DNA from: the human T2T-CHM13v2.0 reference genome, Homo sapiens
Reading direction: 5' to 3' (one strand)
Length of the DNA: 64,000 bases
Assembly (NCBI RefSeq): GCF_009914755.1
Contig: NC_060936.1
In this document: piece after piece, positions 45,181-61,705 of the stretch
Layout: each line of letters starts with the position of its first letter
How positions within the stretch are numbered: position 1 is the first letter of the stretch
Notes under the pieces: model-generated
What the model was told of the DNA's origin: nothing
The model's input: only the letters and a program-made list of their open reading frames with translations
Database searches by the model: none
Made by a program: the position numbers and the translations under genes

Positions 45181-45480
45181 AAGTGGCACAGTCAGTCACA
45201 TCTGTAATCTCAGCACTTTGGAAGGCCAAGGCAAGAGGATTGCTTGAGTCCAGGAGCTTGAGACCAGTCTGGGCAACATAGCAAGAACCCCATCTCTACA
45301 AAAAATTTGAAAATTAGCCAGGTGTGGTAAAACTTACCTGTCGTCCCAGCTACTCAGGAGGTTAAGGTGGAAGGATCGCTTGAGCCCAGAGGTTTAGGTT
45401 GCAGTAGCCGTGATTGTGCCACTGCACTCCAACCTGGGTGATGCAGTGAGACCCTGTCTTAAAAAAAAAAAAAAGAAAAG
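45181..45480 (+). mobile_element. AluJ
   Basis: J-type dimer with A-tail. Confidence 0.92.
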
Positions 45481-45532
45481 AAGAGGCCTCAAAATATGAT
45501 TGTTAAAAGAAAAAAATAGAACAGCTAAATTA

Positions 45533-45920
<388 letters not shown>

Positions 45921-46103
45921 GAATAAAGAAAGAAAACAAAGTTATGAAAATGTTAGATATTACTATAAAAGAAAGCACAAATAATATAATGGAGACTGTA
46001 CATATATTAATAGAATAAAATGTCCCTGGGAGAAAAGCTAGAATCCTCAAAATGAAAGAGTTCTCTGAGCATTAATGAATATAAAAGGAAAACACTACAC
46101 CTA

Positions 46104-46454
<351 letters not shown>

Positions 46455-46654
46455 AAAGAGAAAATGCTAAAATATCTCAGAATGGTTAAAACATTTAAAA
46501 GCAGACTACCCACAAAGGAAATAGAATTAAGCATCTGAAGAGCAACACATGAGTTTCCACAAAACTTAAGAGAAAATGATTTCAAATCTAGAATCTTATA
46601 CTCAGATTAACTATTAGTTAAAGGTGAGGGAAAATCATGGCATTTTCAGGTTTA

Positions 46655-46925
46655 TAGTAATGGCTAATATTTAATGAACTCTTACTATGAGCCAGTTGTA
46701 TCTCCATGCTCGTTGCAATTATTAACTTATTTATTTTATACTCAGAACAGCCCAGCTAGTTCGGTACTATTATTATCACTGGTTTTACAAATGAAAAACC
46801 AGAAGTATAGAGAAGTTGAGAAACCTGCCAAAGATCATGCCACTCGTAGAAGGCAGAGTTGGGTTTTGAATCCAGGAAGTTTGGCTGCAGACTCTACACT
46901 CTTAACTACTACACAACAGTGCCAC
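46655..46925 (-). mobile_element. MIR inserted in HAL1
   Basis: Near full-length: gctaatatttaatgaactcttactatg...ttttacaaatgaaaaacc...ctcttaactactac. Confidence 0.85.
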
Positions 46926-47700
46926 TCTGTTGGTCAGGCACTCAGAAAATTTATGTCCCATGTAGCCTCTTTGAAAAAAAAAATGCTTGAGGATATACTA
47001 CAATAAAATGAAAAAGGAAGTCAAGAAAGAGGGAAGCGTCAGATCCTAGAAAGAGTGGCACTAACCTGGGGGTCAGGCCATTTCAGGACAACAGCATGTC
47101 TATGAAATTAAAACAGAAAATCAGAACATTCCATGAAAAATGTCATCAAAAGAGAAAGATTCTATTGTTCGAATTGTATGATTAAAACCCTGAAGTTCTT
47201 AATAGTAAAATGATGGCGTGTATTTCCCCTGGAAACAAGAAAAAAGAAAAGCAATTGAGAACTCAATGATGAGCCATTTTTTGGAGTGAAAGAAAAGAGA
47301 ATATTCAGAACATTCTCATTCTAAAGGGGTAGATTTATTCCATGAACATTTCTGTCTTTATGAGTCCAATCATACCATTTGTTTCTTCAATGTGTAATAT
47401 TTACTTACTCAATATTGTAAATGCAATTTACTGCTTTTCCATTTGTAGTTAATTATAGGAAAAGCATGGAAAACTTAATTACACTTTCTGTAGACTAGAA
47501 AGAAAATAATAAAAGCCTTATAATATACAAGTACTGTCACAGTTAATAGAAGACAAAAGGAAGAAAGAAGAGGAGAGGTGTATGCAGGGGAAATCAAGGT
47601 GTACTTATTTCTCCATTTTATAGAGCAATGAGTTAGCAAATAGAAATACAGAATATCACAAATGTATAAAGGTAAACATTAAAATAGGTAAACACATACC

Positions 47701-48455
47701 TGTGAAAGCTGTCAGAATCAAAATGGAGTCACTAATGTTAAGAAAACTTTGACTAATAGAGCCCAGGAAGGCCATAAAGAAAGGGCTCTCACATTTGTAT
47801 GCCTGCCTGATGGCAAAAAAAGATGCTACAAAAACCACAATTTCAGACAAAGGCCATTGCAACCTTATACACAAAAAAAACTTATGCCAGGACATCTGCC
47901 CAGCAGCTGCCTATCTAAACTCGGACTGGCAACACCCTTATTATTGATCTTTGTAGCCAAGGATAATTATTTCAAAACAATTATGTAATCTTCTTCACTT
48001 TTTCCTTTAAAAACCTTTGTCAGGCTGGGCGCGGTGGCTCACTCCTGTAATCCCAGCATTTTGAGAGGCCGAGGTGGGTGGATCACGAGTTCAGGAGTTC
48101 AAGACCAGCCTGGCCAACATGGTGAAACCCCGTCTCTACTAAAAATACAAAAAATTAGCCGGGTGTTGTGGCGGGTGCCTGTAATCTCAGCTACTCAGGA
48201 GACTGAGGGAGAGAATTGCTTCAACCAGGGAGGCAGAGGTTGCAGTGAGCCGAGATCGCACCACTGCACTCCAATCTGGGCAAGAGAACGTCTCAAAAAA
48301 AAAAAAAAAAAAACAAACAAACAAAAAAACCTTTGTCATCCTTTGCCTTCCTAAATACAAACACAGTTTACTGTGGCACATGTATTCCATTGTAATGCCC
48401 TATTCCCAAATAAATATCTTTTTATTTTAGAGAGACTCTGTTATTTAGGTTGACA
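47701..48455 (+). mobile_element. ERV1 solo LTR (MER34/MER39-like) interrupted by an Alu
   Basis: tgtgaaagctgtcagaatcaaaatggagtcac...aataaa...ttatttaggttgaca; 4-bp TSD tacc (47697-47700, 48456-48459). Confidence 0.85.
48023..48324 (+). mobile_element. AluSg-like
   Basis: ggatcacgagttcaggagttc; TSD aaaaacctttgtca. Confidence 0.93.
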
Positions 48456-48799
48456 TACCTAAGTAAAGCATAGAGGTGAAGAAAGAAAAAGGAGGTGGGA
48501 TGAATATAAGTCCACTAAATTCTTGACCTTTCATAGTATAAAGCTGATACAAACTAAATTTTATAAAACAACAGACATAAAAGTAGAATTTATAATGGTA
48601 CCTACTAGACTGAAATCAGAATGGTGAAAAGGATGAACTTTGCTTTGCTGTTGATGTTTGTTTTTACCATAAGCATGTTTTACTTTTAAAACAGATTGGG
48701 TTGATGAATGGATAAATAGATGAATAAGTAGAAGTAGCGTAAGTAGAAAGCTATACTACTTTCTAGAAGGCAGGACATCTAGGCAGAAACACAGGGAAA

Positions 48800-49770
48800 G
48801 ACTAAGAGTTACCTAAATGAGAAGAGAAAAGAGTATTTCAGGCAGAGGGTCTTGCCCAAAGGAAAGAGATAGTAGGGAATACAAAAAAACAGAAGGAAGT
48901 TCATTGGCTGAAATGCGGAATAGAAGGGAAAAATTGAAATGAGGCTGGAGAGATAGACAAGAGTCAGAGATTGTGAGCCATGTTAAGGATTCAAAAGGGA
49001 AGCAACTGAGGGGTTCTAAAAAGGGGAGTGTGGTAGCCATAGGATGCATCATTCAAATCATCCTCCAAAAGAGGACCAGTTGCGAGGAGCATAGTCAGCT
49101 AACAGCTTCTTCCAGCTGTGCACCTTCTGGTTCCTCTGTAGTGTGCATGCTGAGGTCATGCTTCCCTTGGGCTGCTTCCAGCCAATGACTAAGCACAATG
49201 CAATGAAGGTATTAGAGCCAGGCCATTGCTGCCCAACACGGGACTCCTCTCACAGGCCATCTACTTCTCCATCAGGGTAGCCAAGAGTTTCTCAAAAGTG
49301 TGCTGGCATCCAAGGTGCTTTCTACCTAATTCTCCTTGCTCCCTCCCCCTTTTCTATAACATGGTCTGAGGCTCTCCCCATACACTCCTCCTCTTCCCTT
49401 TGTCTTTCACAGGTATTTTCTCCTCCAATAAATCTCTCTCACTTCTAGTTTTGTCTTACCATTTGTTTTCCAGAGGACTCCAACTGACCCAGGGAGTGAT
49501 ATGAAGTCTCATTTTACTGTAGAGGGTAGAATAATGGTGGTGAGATGAATATAAAGGAGAAATGAGTAGGCTGTTGCAGAAATGTTTATGAAATCTTACT
49601 TAAGCCAAGACAAGGATAGTAGAATTGAAGAGAAGTGGATGTGTTAATATTATATATGGGGATTTGCATTGACAGTTCTTGATGATTTATTAGCAGTGAA
49701 AGGAAAAGCAGAAGTCAAAGGTGATTCCAAGTTTCTGGCTGGATGTATGTATCATTTACTGACATAAAGA
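48800..49770 (-). mobile_element. L2 interrupted by LTR16
   Basis: gagccatgttaaggatt...ggggttctaaaaagggg|...gaagtcaaaggtgattccaagtttctggc. Confidence 0.7.
49029..49491 (+). mobile_element. ERVL solo LTR (LTR16-like)
   Basis: tgtggtagcc...ctgcccaacacgggactcctct...caataaatctc...caactgaccca; perfect 5-bp TSD gggag. Confidence 0.85.
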
Positions 49771-49974
49771 GCAACTGGTTGTTCCTCACACCAACCCCCA
49801 TCATAGAATAGCTATTCTGCTGATGTCATAGCTGAATCCCAAGAGTTCATTTTCCTTTCTCAGAGCTGATACTCTTCACAATAACATAATGGATATCAAA
49901 TTGAGGCAGAGGTCCCTCGCACTTTCCTTGCAGAAGCTGTGATGTTCTTCACACAAAAGAATGGGGAGCTCTGA

Positions 49975-50188
<214 letters not shown>

Positions 50189-50276
50189 AGAATGGTGAGC
50201 TCTATATAAGGACCACCATAGCATTTTGTAACCATTACCCACACCACTGCTCTTCAGCCTGCTCTCTCAGTTGTTA

Positions 50277-50960
<684 letters not shown>

Positions 50961-52125
50961 AAAGCTAAAGAACTGATTTACCTTTGTCCTGGTCCTGGCT
51001 TACCCCCACCAACAGCCAGATCCTTCCAACATTGGCAAGAGAGATGCCTCTACCTCCAGGATTCTAGCTCCTGAAAACTTCTACTACTGTACCTATGTCT
51101 TATGGAATCTGATCTGATGGGAGTCTCTTCCTTTTGAAAGCATTATCTTGAACAGCCCATGAATACATGGACAACATGCTCACACTATCATATGCACTGG
51201 AGAAGCTTATCTAGACATGATAACTCAGATCACAGCAGGCTAGTGGATTGAACTTTATGCAACAGTTCAATATTACCATCAAGTAAATACCCCTAAAGCT
51301 TCCAGATGGTCCCAAATTGCTCCTGGATATCCTCTACCCAGAAGACTTTGTGGAAATTCAACCTACATTTAACTCACCAAAGCAGTCTGATGCAAGCACA
51401 CAAAGCTCCAATATAACACTAATCTTATGGTTAAAACACACACATATATACATATGTGTGTATATGTGTGTATATAATATATCCCCCATAGTAATATATA
51501 GGATATATTCACATATATTATCTTAACTGGTTATCTCAGGATGGTGGAATTACAGATAATTTTTACCTTCTTTCTTGTACTTTTATATATTATAAATTAT
51601 ATTAATGAACAAACATTTCTTTATATTCAGAAAGTCTAATTTTAAAAACTAAAAGAAATTAAATACAAAATCAATAAAAATTAAGCTAAAATAATTAAAA
51701 ACCCAATAAAAATTTTTAAGAATGAAGAATTTTTAAGTAACAGAGTTAAAGTACATTAAAATATATAAGATATGAGTAGAAACCACAGCTAAAGAGTTAA
51801 AGCATTAAAGTAAGCAAAAAAAGTAGAAATACAAATCATAAATTTAATAGTAAAATTTTATAAGAGCATAAAACAGAATTTAAATTCTTAAAGTCTAGAA
51901 ACAAGGACTCATGGTGAAGTAAAGCAAGCTTAAAACAGAAAGATAAAAGATTTAATAGGTAGAAGGAAAATGAAAAAGAAATAGAAAAAAATCAAATAGC
52001 AAACACTTAGCAGCAAGAAAAAGTTACATAAAGCCAGGATGCTGAACTAGTCGACAGAGTATGTCTTCAGTAAAATAAGTAAAGATAAAGGGAAAGAATA
52101 GAGTCCTAAAGTAAAGAAATCCTAT

Positions 52126-52432
52126 TGTAGACCAACTAATAGCCTCAGTTCTTAGTAGTTTCCTACCTTTCTGGGAAAATCCCCTCTGATCCTATTGTAC
52201 TCTTTATTGACTCAAACCTCAGGGAAAGGAGCCACAAGACACGCTTCTTCTTTCTTCTTTTGGCCACAGCTGTGTTTTTACCAGTTCTGTGAAAGAGGGA
52301 CTTGGCCCTAAAGAAAGTAGTCTCCATCTCTCAGAAGCCTCAGCCAGCTATGAACATTTAGTTCCTGGAAACAGCTGGCCTCTTATGTGCTAGAGACAAA
52401 GGAACATGCTTCCTCCGGAACAACCATTTACA
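52126..52432 (-). mobile_element. Possible ancient solo LTR (family unassigned)
   Basis: Segment bounded by tgtag...ttaca (TG/CA), with a minus-strand AATAAA at ~52203-52208; no clear TSD. Confidence 0.35.
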
Positions 52433-52469
52433 ACTTTGTTTTATTTCATTCACTGATTTACCAAACACA

Positions 52470-53860
52470 CAATCTACAAAGGTTCCCTATATCATGTTCC
52501 CTTTTATAATATTCTGTTCTTGCCCTTCATAGGCTTTTCATAGTTTGCAATAATTTATTTACGTGCTTACTCTTTTAACATCTCTTTATCTTAGTAGATT
52601 ATAAGCTTCGCGAGAGCAGAGATCACATTATTTTGCTCATCATTAGAGAATACAGTGTTGGCTCTTAGTGGGCACTCAACAAGTATTGATGGAATGGATA
52701 GATGAAAGGATAGATGTGTAGATTTGAGCATGGATAGGTTATACCATCCATAGCATATATACCATAGCATATACCAAGCCCTGTGCTAGCGGTATTATTT
52801 ATCTTTGTAACCCGGCACCTCCCATAACACATGGTGTATAGTGTGGCTCTATAGATTTGTTGGCTATATCCTAGGCACCAGGGATGTAAAGATGAGTAGA
52901 GTGCTTTTTGGTCTTCCAGAAAACAAGTTTTAGGGAGAGAACTACATAAACTAAGAATTAGAGCAATGTGAGGTATATGGCATGTTACAAACACAAACAG
53001 GGCACTATGGAAGCACAGAAAAGAGTGTGCTTAACTGCATTCGGAGCTCAAAGAAGCCTCCTAAAGGAAGCTACATTTGAATTGAATCTTAAAGTAAGCC
53101 CAGAAGCTTTCTGAATGAAGAACAGAGGAAAAGCATTCCAGAACATAATATATAAAGACAGAGAGGATCGTTGGAAGGATCATGACTCCTCTAACATGGC
53201 TGAAAACACAAGATGCTGTAGAGGAGTGACAGATAAGGCTGGAATGAAGGCCAGACTGAACTAAAACATTTTAGCTTTTTCTTGTAAATGATGACAAGAC
53301 TTGGGATGACAAATGTGAGAGAGAAAGACATGGTCAGATTTGCACTTTAGAAAGGGCACTTTAGCCAAAGTATAGCTAAGAAGTTGGAAGGGCGAGAAAA
53401 TATAGGCATCAGTTAGAATTCATGTGAGAAATGATGAGGGCTTGAATGTGGCAGTGGCAGTAAAAATAGAGAAGAGATAAATTCAGGGGCTACTAAAAAG
53501 GTAGAATAGACAGAAAAAGACAGTTACCACCCGGATGTGGAGACTTGGTGGAAAGGGGTTGCCATGGTGACTCACAGTTTCCCAGTTTGAGCACCTAGGT
53601 GAACTATGGTGCCATTAACCAAAAATTGGGAAGGGAAAGAAGAGGAGAATGTTTGAGGATATGTTGCCTTTAGGTACCCCAATCTAAAAGAAAGGATACA
53701 ATAATTGAAAAAGTAAGTCTGCAACTCATGATAGGAGTCAGAGAATGGGATGAGATTTGGCAATGATCATTTCATGGATGATAGTAGCAGGTGCCCAGGA
53801 AATAGAGAAGAGAATGAGGAGAAGGAGGCTGAATGTGGAGCCCTGTGGAAGATGTACTAT
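52470..53860. mobile_element. Cluster of L2 fragments (sense 3' ends, then a long antisense piece)
   Basis: gattataagcttcgcgagagcagagatcac, gcactcaacaagtattgatggaatg; antisense ggtcagatttgcactttagaaag...gagccctgtggaa. Confidence 0.75.
53558..53574. promoter_or_regulatory. Overlapping RFX X-box and AP-1 motif
   Basis: GTTGCCATGGTGAC (53558-53571) overlaps TGACTCA (53568-53574); motif match only. Confidence 0.4.
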
Positions 53861-55055
53861 TCATTTCAGTATCAAATTATAGCTTATTTGGTGTAGATTG
53901 CTTCCACTGGCTTAATTTTAATAACTTATTCACTCTGGTTAGAGAATTCCATAATTTAATTTTAGTTAAGTGTATGTATGCAGTGTTGACACTTGCTGTT
54001 TATAATAACTCAAGGCTAATATTTTAATCTTTTTAAACGTTTTAATTATTTATATAATGAAAACGTAAACAACATGCTGCACAAGTCATTTTATACCTTT
54101 GTCTTAATTAAAAAATAAACATATAGACACAGACAAATTTTGAAGTGACTTCCTCCATGCCTCCTCCTTCCTCTGCTTGCCTACTGTTTCTATTACTGAA
54201 ATATTATTACAACTGCACCCTGCTTTTGCGAGAAAGTCACCTGAAAAATTGTCATTACCAAGTTCTTAAAGAGCTGCCAGAACAAAAATCCAAAAAAAAA
54301 AAAAAAAACAGAGCAAGTTAATGGTTATTAGCATATTCATAAACTGAGACATAAGGTCAAACTCTTTATTTTCATTCCAAAAAGTCATCTACTTATGTCA
54401 CTGACCCTGCCTTTTTTTTCTACTATAGCCAATAATAGATTAATGGTTGTGTGATTTGAACAAATTCTCAGAAGCATTTATACTTAAAAAAAATATGAAT
54501 ATCCAGAAGAAAGGGGTTTTTTTTTTTTTAATAGTTAAAAGTATTTGTTAAGTTAAGATACTGCAAGGGTTTAGGCAGCTCAGTAAATAACTTCAGGAGA
54601 ACAATCTGTTGTCCTTTAACAGGCTCTTAATCTCAAGGGTAAAATCTCTTTCCATTCATTGATATTTGCAATAAAAATTGTGACGGCTTCATGCTGAAGT
54701 AATTTCCTTGCTAATGTAATGGCATTAAGATATTCAAATTATCATTGTCTTTTGTACTGGGTGTTTTCAAAGAAGTGTGAAGATAGGGAGAATTTCCTTA
54801 GCATATTATTCATCATGTGGCACAAATCACCTCCCTGCTAGCTTGGAGAAAAATTGTATGAGAAAATTCAAGATGCATGAAAAAAATTATCTTGGACATT
54901 GAAAATTAAAACAACATGGGCACAAAAACCAGAAGACAGATGTTTTGTTTATACCACATAGCACCTCCAAAGTTGGCCTGATATTTAGGCAAAGAAGTGG
55001 CCACTTAAATGATGTGAGTCAATTTTATCTGCCTGATTGGAAAAAGGGATGATGA

Positions 55056-55644
55056 TGATATTGGTGGGCTGGGGAGGAATGGAAAACACTGGTGGGATAT
55101 CCACCCCAGCTGGTGTCCAGGCTGTTGACACCATCAAGAGAAGGAATTCAAGGATGAGTCAGAAAATAGTGAAAATATGGAGATTTATTACAAAGTGAAA
55201 AATCCACACTTAAGAAAGGGGAGTGTGGGCGTACTCAAGAAAGCGTCACACAAGGGAGTTTGGGGCTTCTCCCTTTAGGGCTTCTTTAACCAAGGGGTGG
55301 TATATTTATGAAGATTCCTGGAAAAAGTTGAAGATTTCTTGGAACTATGGTGCCATCCATTTTTACACCAAACAGGGGGTTTCCAGAACTGTCATGGCAC
55401 TGACGGGTTTGTGATTTGTATGTTAATGAGCATATAATGAGGTCCTAGGAGAAACCTAGGTCAAATCCAGCACCATGTAGGGTCTAGTCGGTCATAGCCA
55501 GCTTGGCCCACACCCTGGTTTTTCAGGGTCTTATCAGCCCCTAGCTTACGCAGGTATTTCAACAGTTTCCTTTTGCTGCTCATGTGAAACTACTGCCTGG
55601 AATTTTCTATTCTCCTGTGACCACCCTGTATTATTCCTATCTCA
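55056..55644 (-). mobile_element. ERV1 (MER4-group type) solo LTR, ~590 bp
   Basis: Minus strand starts tgagataggaataatacagggtggtc; AATAAA (plus-strand tttatt at ~55184); 4-bp TSD atga (55052-55055, 55645-55648). Confidence 0.85.
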
Positions 55645-57389
55645 ATGAGAATGAGACAGTGCTTTTTTCTACTGTGTCATTTCTTGAATCCTGGCCTACC
55701 CTGAGATGAGTAAGCAGGGATGAGTGGAAGTTTTTTTCTCCCCTCCTCTGGTAAAGCCTAGATCCTAAAATGTTACTTTGTGAATTATAAATATAAACAC
55801 CTCCTCCCCTGTCCTTTTATGCTATTGTCTTCAATAAAACAGATTTTTTTCTCTTAGAAAAATATCAAGACAGTTATTTTTTAAAATGACTTTGACTCCC
55901 AGACACATTCCCCAGTCACTTCAAGTGTGTTTTGTCTCTGCTGTTTGCATACATGTTTCCCTACTTCTCTCACCACATCCCAGCATCCAGAAGCTCCCCA
56001 GTCCCAACACTCATTCTCATTGTTCAGGGCCAACCTGAATGTCTCACCTCCGTGCAGCCATCCCTTATCCCCTGTCCCAATCCCCTCACCCCAAATCAAT
56101 CAATTAATCTATATGAAGTGCTCTGAACATTGTCTGGAATATAAAATATATTATATGAGTATTGGCTGCCATTAACATCATTGTGTGTGTTTCTAAAGTA
56201 CTTTCCACAAACCTTTGCTGTGCATGACTTTCATCTTGTCACTTAGCTTCTTTCCTCACTTATTTACTCAAAATTCACCTTAGTGAGGTCTTCCCGACCA
56301 AAATTTCAAAACCCTCCTTTAAATCTCCTTTTCTGATTTTTAAAATCTTTAGCATTTCTCACTATGCACATTTTTCTGCATTATCTTGTTTATTGAATGT
56401 CTCTGTCATCAGAATGAAAGCTCCATGGGGGCAGTAAATAGTTATGCAATGAATGAATGAATGTGCTTGCATATATTTTTACCTACTAAGACTCTATATC
56501 GTCAGAGAACCTAATATACCATATGGCACTCAGTAGACCAGCTGAGTAAGAGGAAGATCTAGAATCCTAAGGCCATTCCAAAGAATGGCACATTTGAAAG
56601 GGTGCCTCAGCGTGAAACACTCAACTGGCTACATAATGAAGGCATTGAGTGTTAGAAGGAGAGGAAAAAATCCCTAACATGGACATAATAACTTATGTCC
56701 TTTTCTAGACTACAGTGCCTAAGGACATCTCTGGGTCCTAGGCACATTGTTTATATTTAGTAAAAATTTATAAAGATTACTGATACATAGTATTTGGCAA
56801 AGAAAGATAAAAACTGACATATAAACTATTTGCTTATGAAGGATAAATTTAAGGTTAGATAAAAAAAAAAAACCTCATGTTGCTATATTGTATGACGGGT
56901 ATGGTTTGCAAAAAGCATAATCCAGGGCCATTTTCCGCATTATATTAAATGGTGTTTCTATACTGAAATCAACTCCAAACTTATACCATAAAATATTGTG
57001 AAAATGTCATAGGTAGTTAGTGCAAGGTAGTTTTTAAATAGGGAGTCATTACTTTCGAATATCCATGGAACTTAACATTTTCTTACTTAATTTTTATCAA
57101 AAGATTTCAGGGAGTTTGGAACGTCTCACAAAATAGCTACTGAACAGGAATATGGAGAGAAGCAAAGTTTGTTAACTGGAATAAAATAAACCTACTTGGA
57201 ACTTGGAACTCAAAATTCAAGCTCACTTACAAGGTGTCTGCCATGCCCTGCTCACAGAGTATACATTCCTGGTCAAGAATGTTAAGTCCTAAATAATCCT
57301 ATCTTGGATGACACAGGAACTGATGAAAAAAGATAACCCAATGGCTTTATCACACCAAATATTCTATCACACAGATCAGAAAGAAGTTT

Positions 57390-57590
57390 TGACTCTAATC
57401 CCACTTAGTGGCTGTGTGAACTCAAGTAAGTAACTTAACCCCACTGATCTTCCATTGCCTTGTTTCAAAATGAGAATAGCATATTAGCACTGCCTTACCC
57501 AGTTGTTGTGAGGAGCTAATAAAATACTGTGTGTTAAAACGTGTGGTAAACCCTGAAGTGCTATACAAATGTGATGTATTATTTTTGTTC
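57390..57590 (+). mobile_element. MIR
   Basis: ccacttagtggctgtgtgaactcaagtaagtaacttaacc...gttgttgtgaggagctaat...gtgctatacaaatgt. Confidence 0.8.
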
Positions 57591-58179
57591 TTTAAAGGTC
57601 TTTTGACACCTAATCTTTGCCTCCATAAATGACCTCTTTGTTTTCAAGCTTGCTTTTGTCTGATCTTACACTGGCTCAAATTTTAATCTCTTACCTAGTG
57701 AAGTTATTTCTTTAGACCTTGCCTCTGCCCAGCTCTTTCTTGGACTACTAGAACCTAATTACTTCTGTGGCTTCTGTTTGACTCAGCATTCAATAGTATG
57801 GTTACTCTGAGCCTGCCATGTAAGAACTGTGAATGTAAACTAAGGGCTTATCCCCCTGTCTACTGTAATCCATCTAAGTAATATGCAATATTTGAGTGTA
57901 GATGACAAGATGGCATGAAATTTCACTTCTCTTTCAGAGAACGAAACCAATTCCTTATCTTTAAGAAGGTTTACTTGAAAGGACTTTCAGTTTCTCTTCA
58001 TAAAATAATGTAGAAACCATTATTCTTTCTGTTTGCCTCTCACCTCAGCACTGGGCTGAATGTATTTATAAACTAAAACTAGAAAGAATTCTTGGTTTGC
58101 AAAAGATTTTAACAGAAAACCAGAGCTGATGGCTAATACTAGCAGGAGCAGGGTCTGTGTACTGGTTTCCACTTCATTA

Positions 58180-58400
58180 AATAATAGCAGCATCCAGCAG
58201 ATACAGCACCTACTAAGTGCCTGAGTTTTTACATGTATTAATTCATTTACTCTTCACAACTATTATTAGCTCCATCTTGCTGTTGAGGAAAATAATTGAC
58301 ATAAGGTCAAACAGCTAGTAAGTGGAAGAGCTGGGATTCAAACTCAGGCCATTTGATTCTAGAATAAGGTCATATTCTTAACTCTATGTTATATTGCTAA
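58180..58400 (-). mobile_element. MIR
   Basis: aaggtcaaacagctagtaagtggaagagctgggattcaaactcagg. Confidence 0.85.
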
Positions 58401-58437
58401 TAATAATGATTATTATGATACTGATAACAAAAAAAAT

Positions 58438-58949
58438 GTATTATTTCTTGTTGCATAACAAATTGCCCCGAAATTTAGTGGCTTAAAAGAACAAAATCAC
58501 AGTTTCTGTGAGTCAGGAATTTGGACACAATTTAGCTAGGTACTCTGCTTCAGAGTCTTTCACAAGCTGCAATCAATGTGTCCTGTGGGGCTGTAGTCAT
58601 TCCAAGGCTCGACTGGGAAAGGATCCACTTCCATGCTCACTCACATGGTTATTGTTAGAATTCAGTTCCTTGCAGCCTGTTGGACAGAAACCATCCCTAA
58701 TTCTGTGCCAGGTGGGCCTCTCAAACATGGTAGTTTGCAAAGTGTGAAAGCTGGGAAAGATATAGAGTCCAGCAAAATACAAGCCACTGTCTACTGTTAA
58801 TAGACATTAGTATTTCCACCACTTTTGTCATACTCTTTTTATTAAGAGCAAGTAACTAAGCCCACACTCAACTGGAGGGGATTACACAAGGATATGAATA
58901 CCAGGAAGTTGGGATCATTGGCAGTCACATCAGAAGCTGCCCACCTTCA
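58438..58949 (-). mobile_element. MLT1 (E/F-like) LTR
   Basis: tgcataacaaattgccccgaaatttagtggcttaaaa...cacagtttctgtgagtcaggaatttgg...gaataccaggaagttgggatcattgg. Confidence 0.85.
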
Positions 58950-59289
58950 TAATAATTAACATTCTATAAATATAATAAGAAAATAACATTTATTGAGAGC
59001 TTACTATGTGCCTGGCAATAGTCCAAGCATTTCACGTATATTAATTCACATAATCCTCACAACAAACCTGATACATGAATTAGTAAGGGGAAGTGCCATG
59101 ATTACACTTAGAGGTGGAGAAATTAATACCACTTTTCTGTATTCCAACAGATAAAGCCTTTCTTAGAATGCTTCAAAATGATTGCCACAAACTGAATCTA
59201 CCCCAACCACATCCTCTTTCATAACCACTTGTCTTATTCACAGAACAGGCTTTTTCTAGCTGGTGGCAAATAGTAATTTCCCAAAGTAA

Positions 59290-59658
<369 letters not shown>

Positions 59659-60179
59659 AAACATTATACTTTTTATAAATGAATATATCATTACTGTAAT
59701 TCCAATTTTAAATAGAAACTGCTAATAAGAATCATCTTTTCTGTTTGAAAGGCTACCAAGGATACAAAATATCCAAATCAATTCCAGTTTTGATTTAATT
59801 CTAGTTTTTTTACATCGTGCTTCTCTTCAAAAAGTTGTTGAGATGGCTGGCTCCCAGTTGGTCAACTATAAAGAAGGATAAGAGAGAATAAGCACATCCC
59901 CCTGAAAGATTCTAGGCTCTATGGAATTGGATGGAGGTGGGTACTGGCGCATTGATCAGACTGTCTCTCCAGTCTTACCCTCCAAATTAGAGGCCCAGAG
60001 AAAACATGGAATCACTTAGCACAGGAGAGGCTGGAAGTCCTCTTCCCTATTTTTAATAGGGACTAAAGGAGTTGCTTATTATGAGAGCTGTGTGGAAGAC
60101 ATCCCAGATTCCTAGGCTGCTGGGTGTGTGTCTATTTTCAACCCTCTTACATTTGCAATGACACATCCTTTAAATATCT

Positions 60180-61289
<1,110 letters not shown>

Positions 61290-61358
61290 TAAAAAAACTA
61301 GTCAAAGAATACTGACAGTGAAGAAATAATGGTATTACCAATAAAAAAACAAGTTCAA

Positions 61359-61647
<289 letters not shown>

Positions 61648-61705
61648 GTTTTATAATACAATATGTATTAATACATCAAAAATTACCTAAAGGATGCATC
61701 ACCAA

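Noticed and set aside
52043-52056. Overlapping SpeI/SalI sites (actagtcgac), and HindIII/NruI at ~52602, as possible cloning scars
   Set aside because: Isolated 6-mers with no vector sequence; the second lies within an L2 consensus-like motif
51600-52120. A-rich stretch resembling a coiled-coil coding region
   Set aside because: Stops in all frames; low complexity or decayed LINE, not assignable
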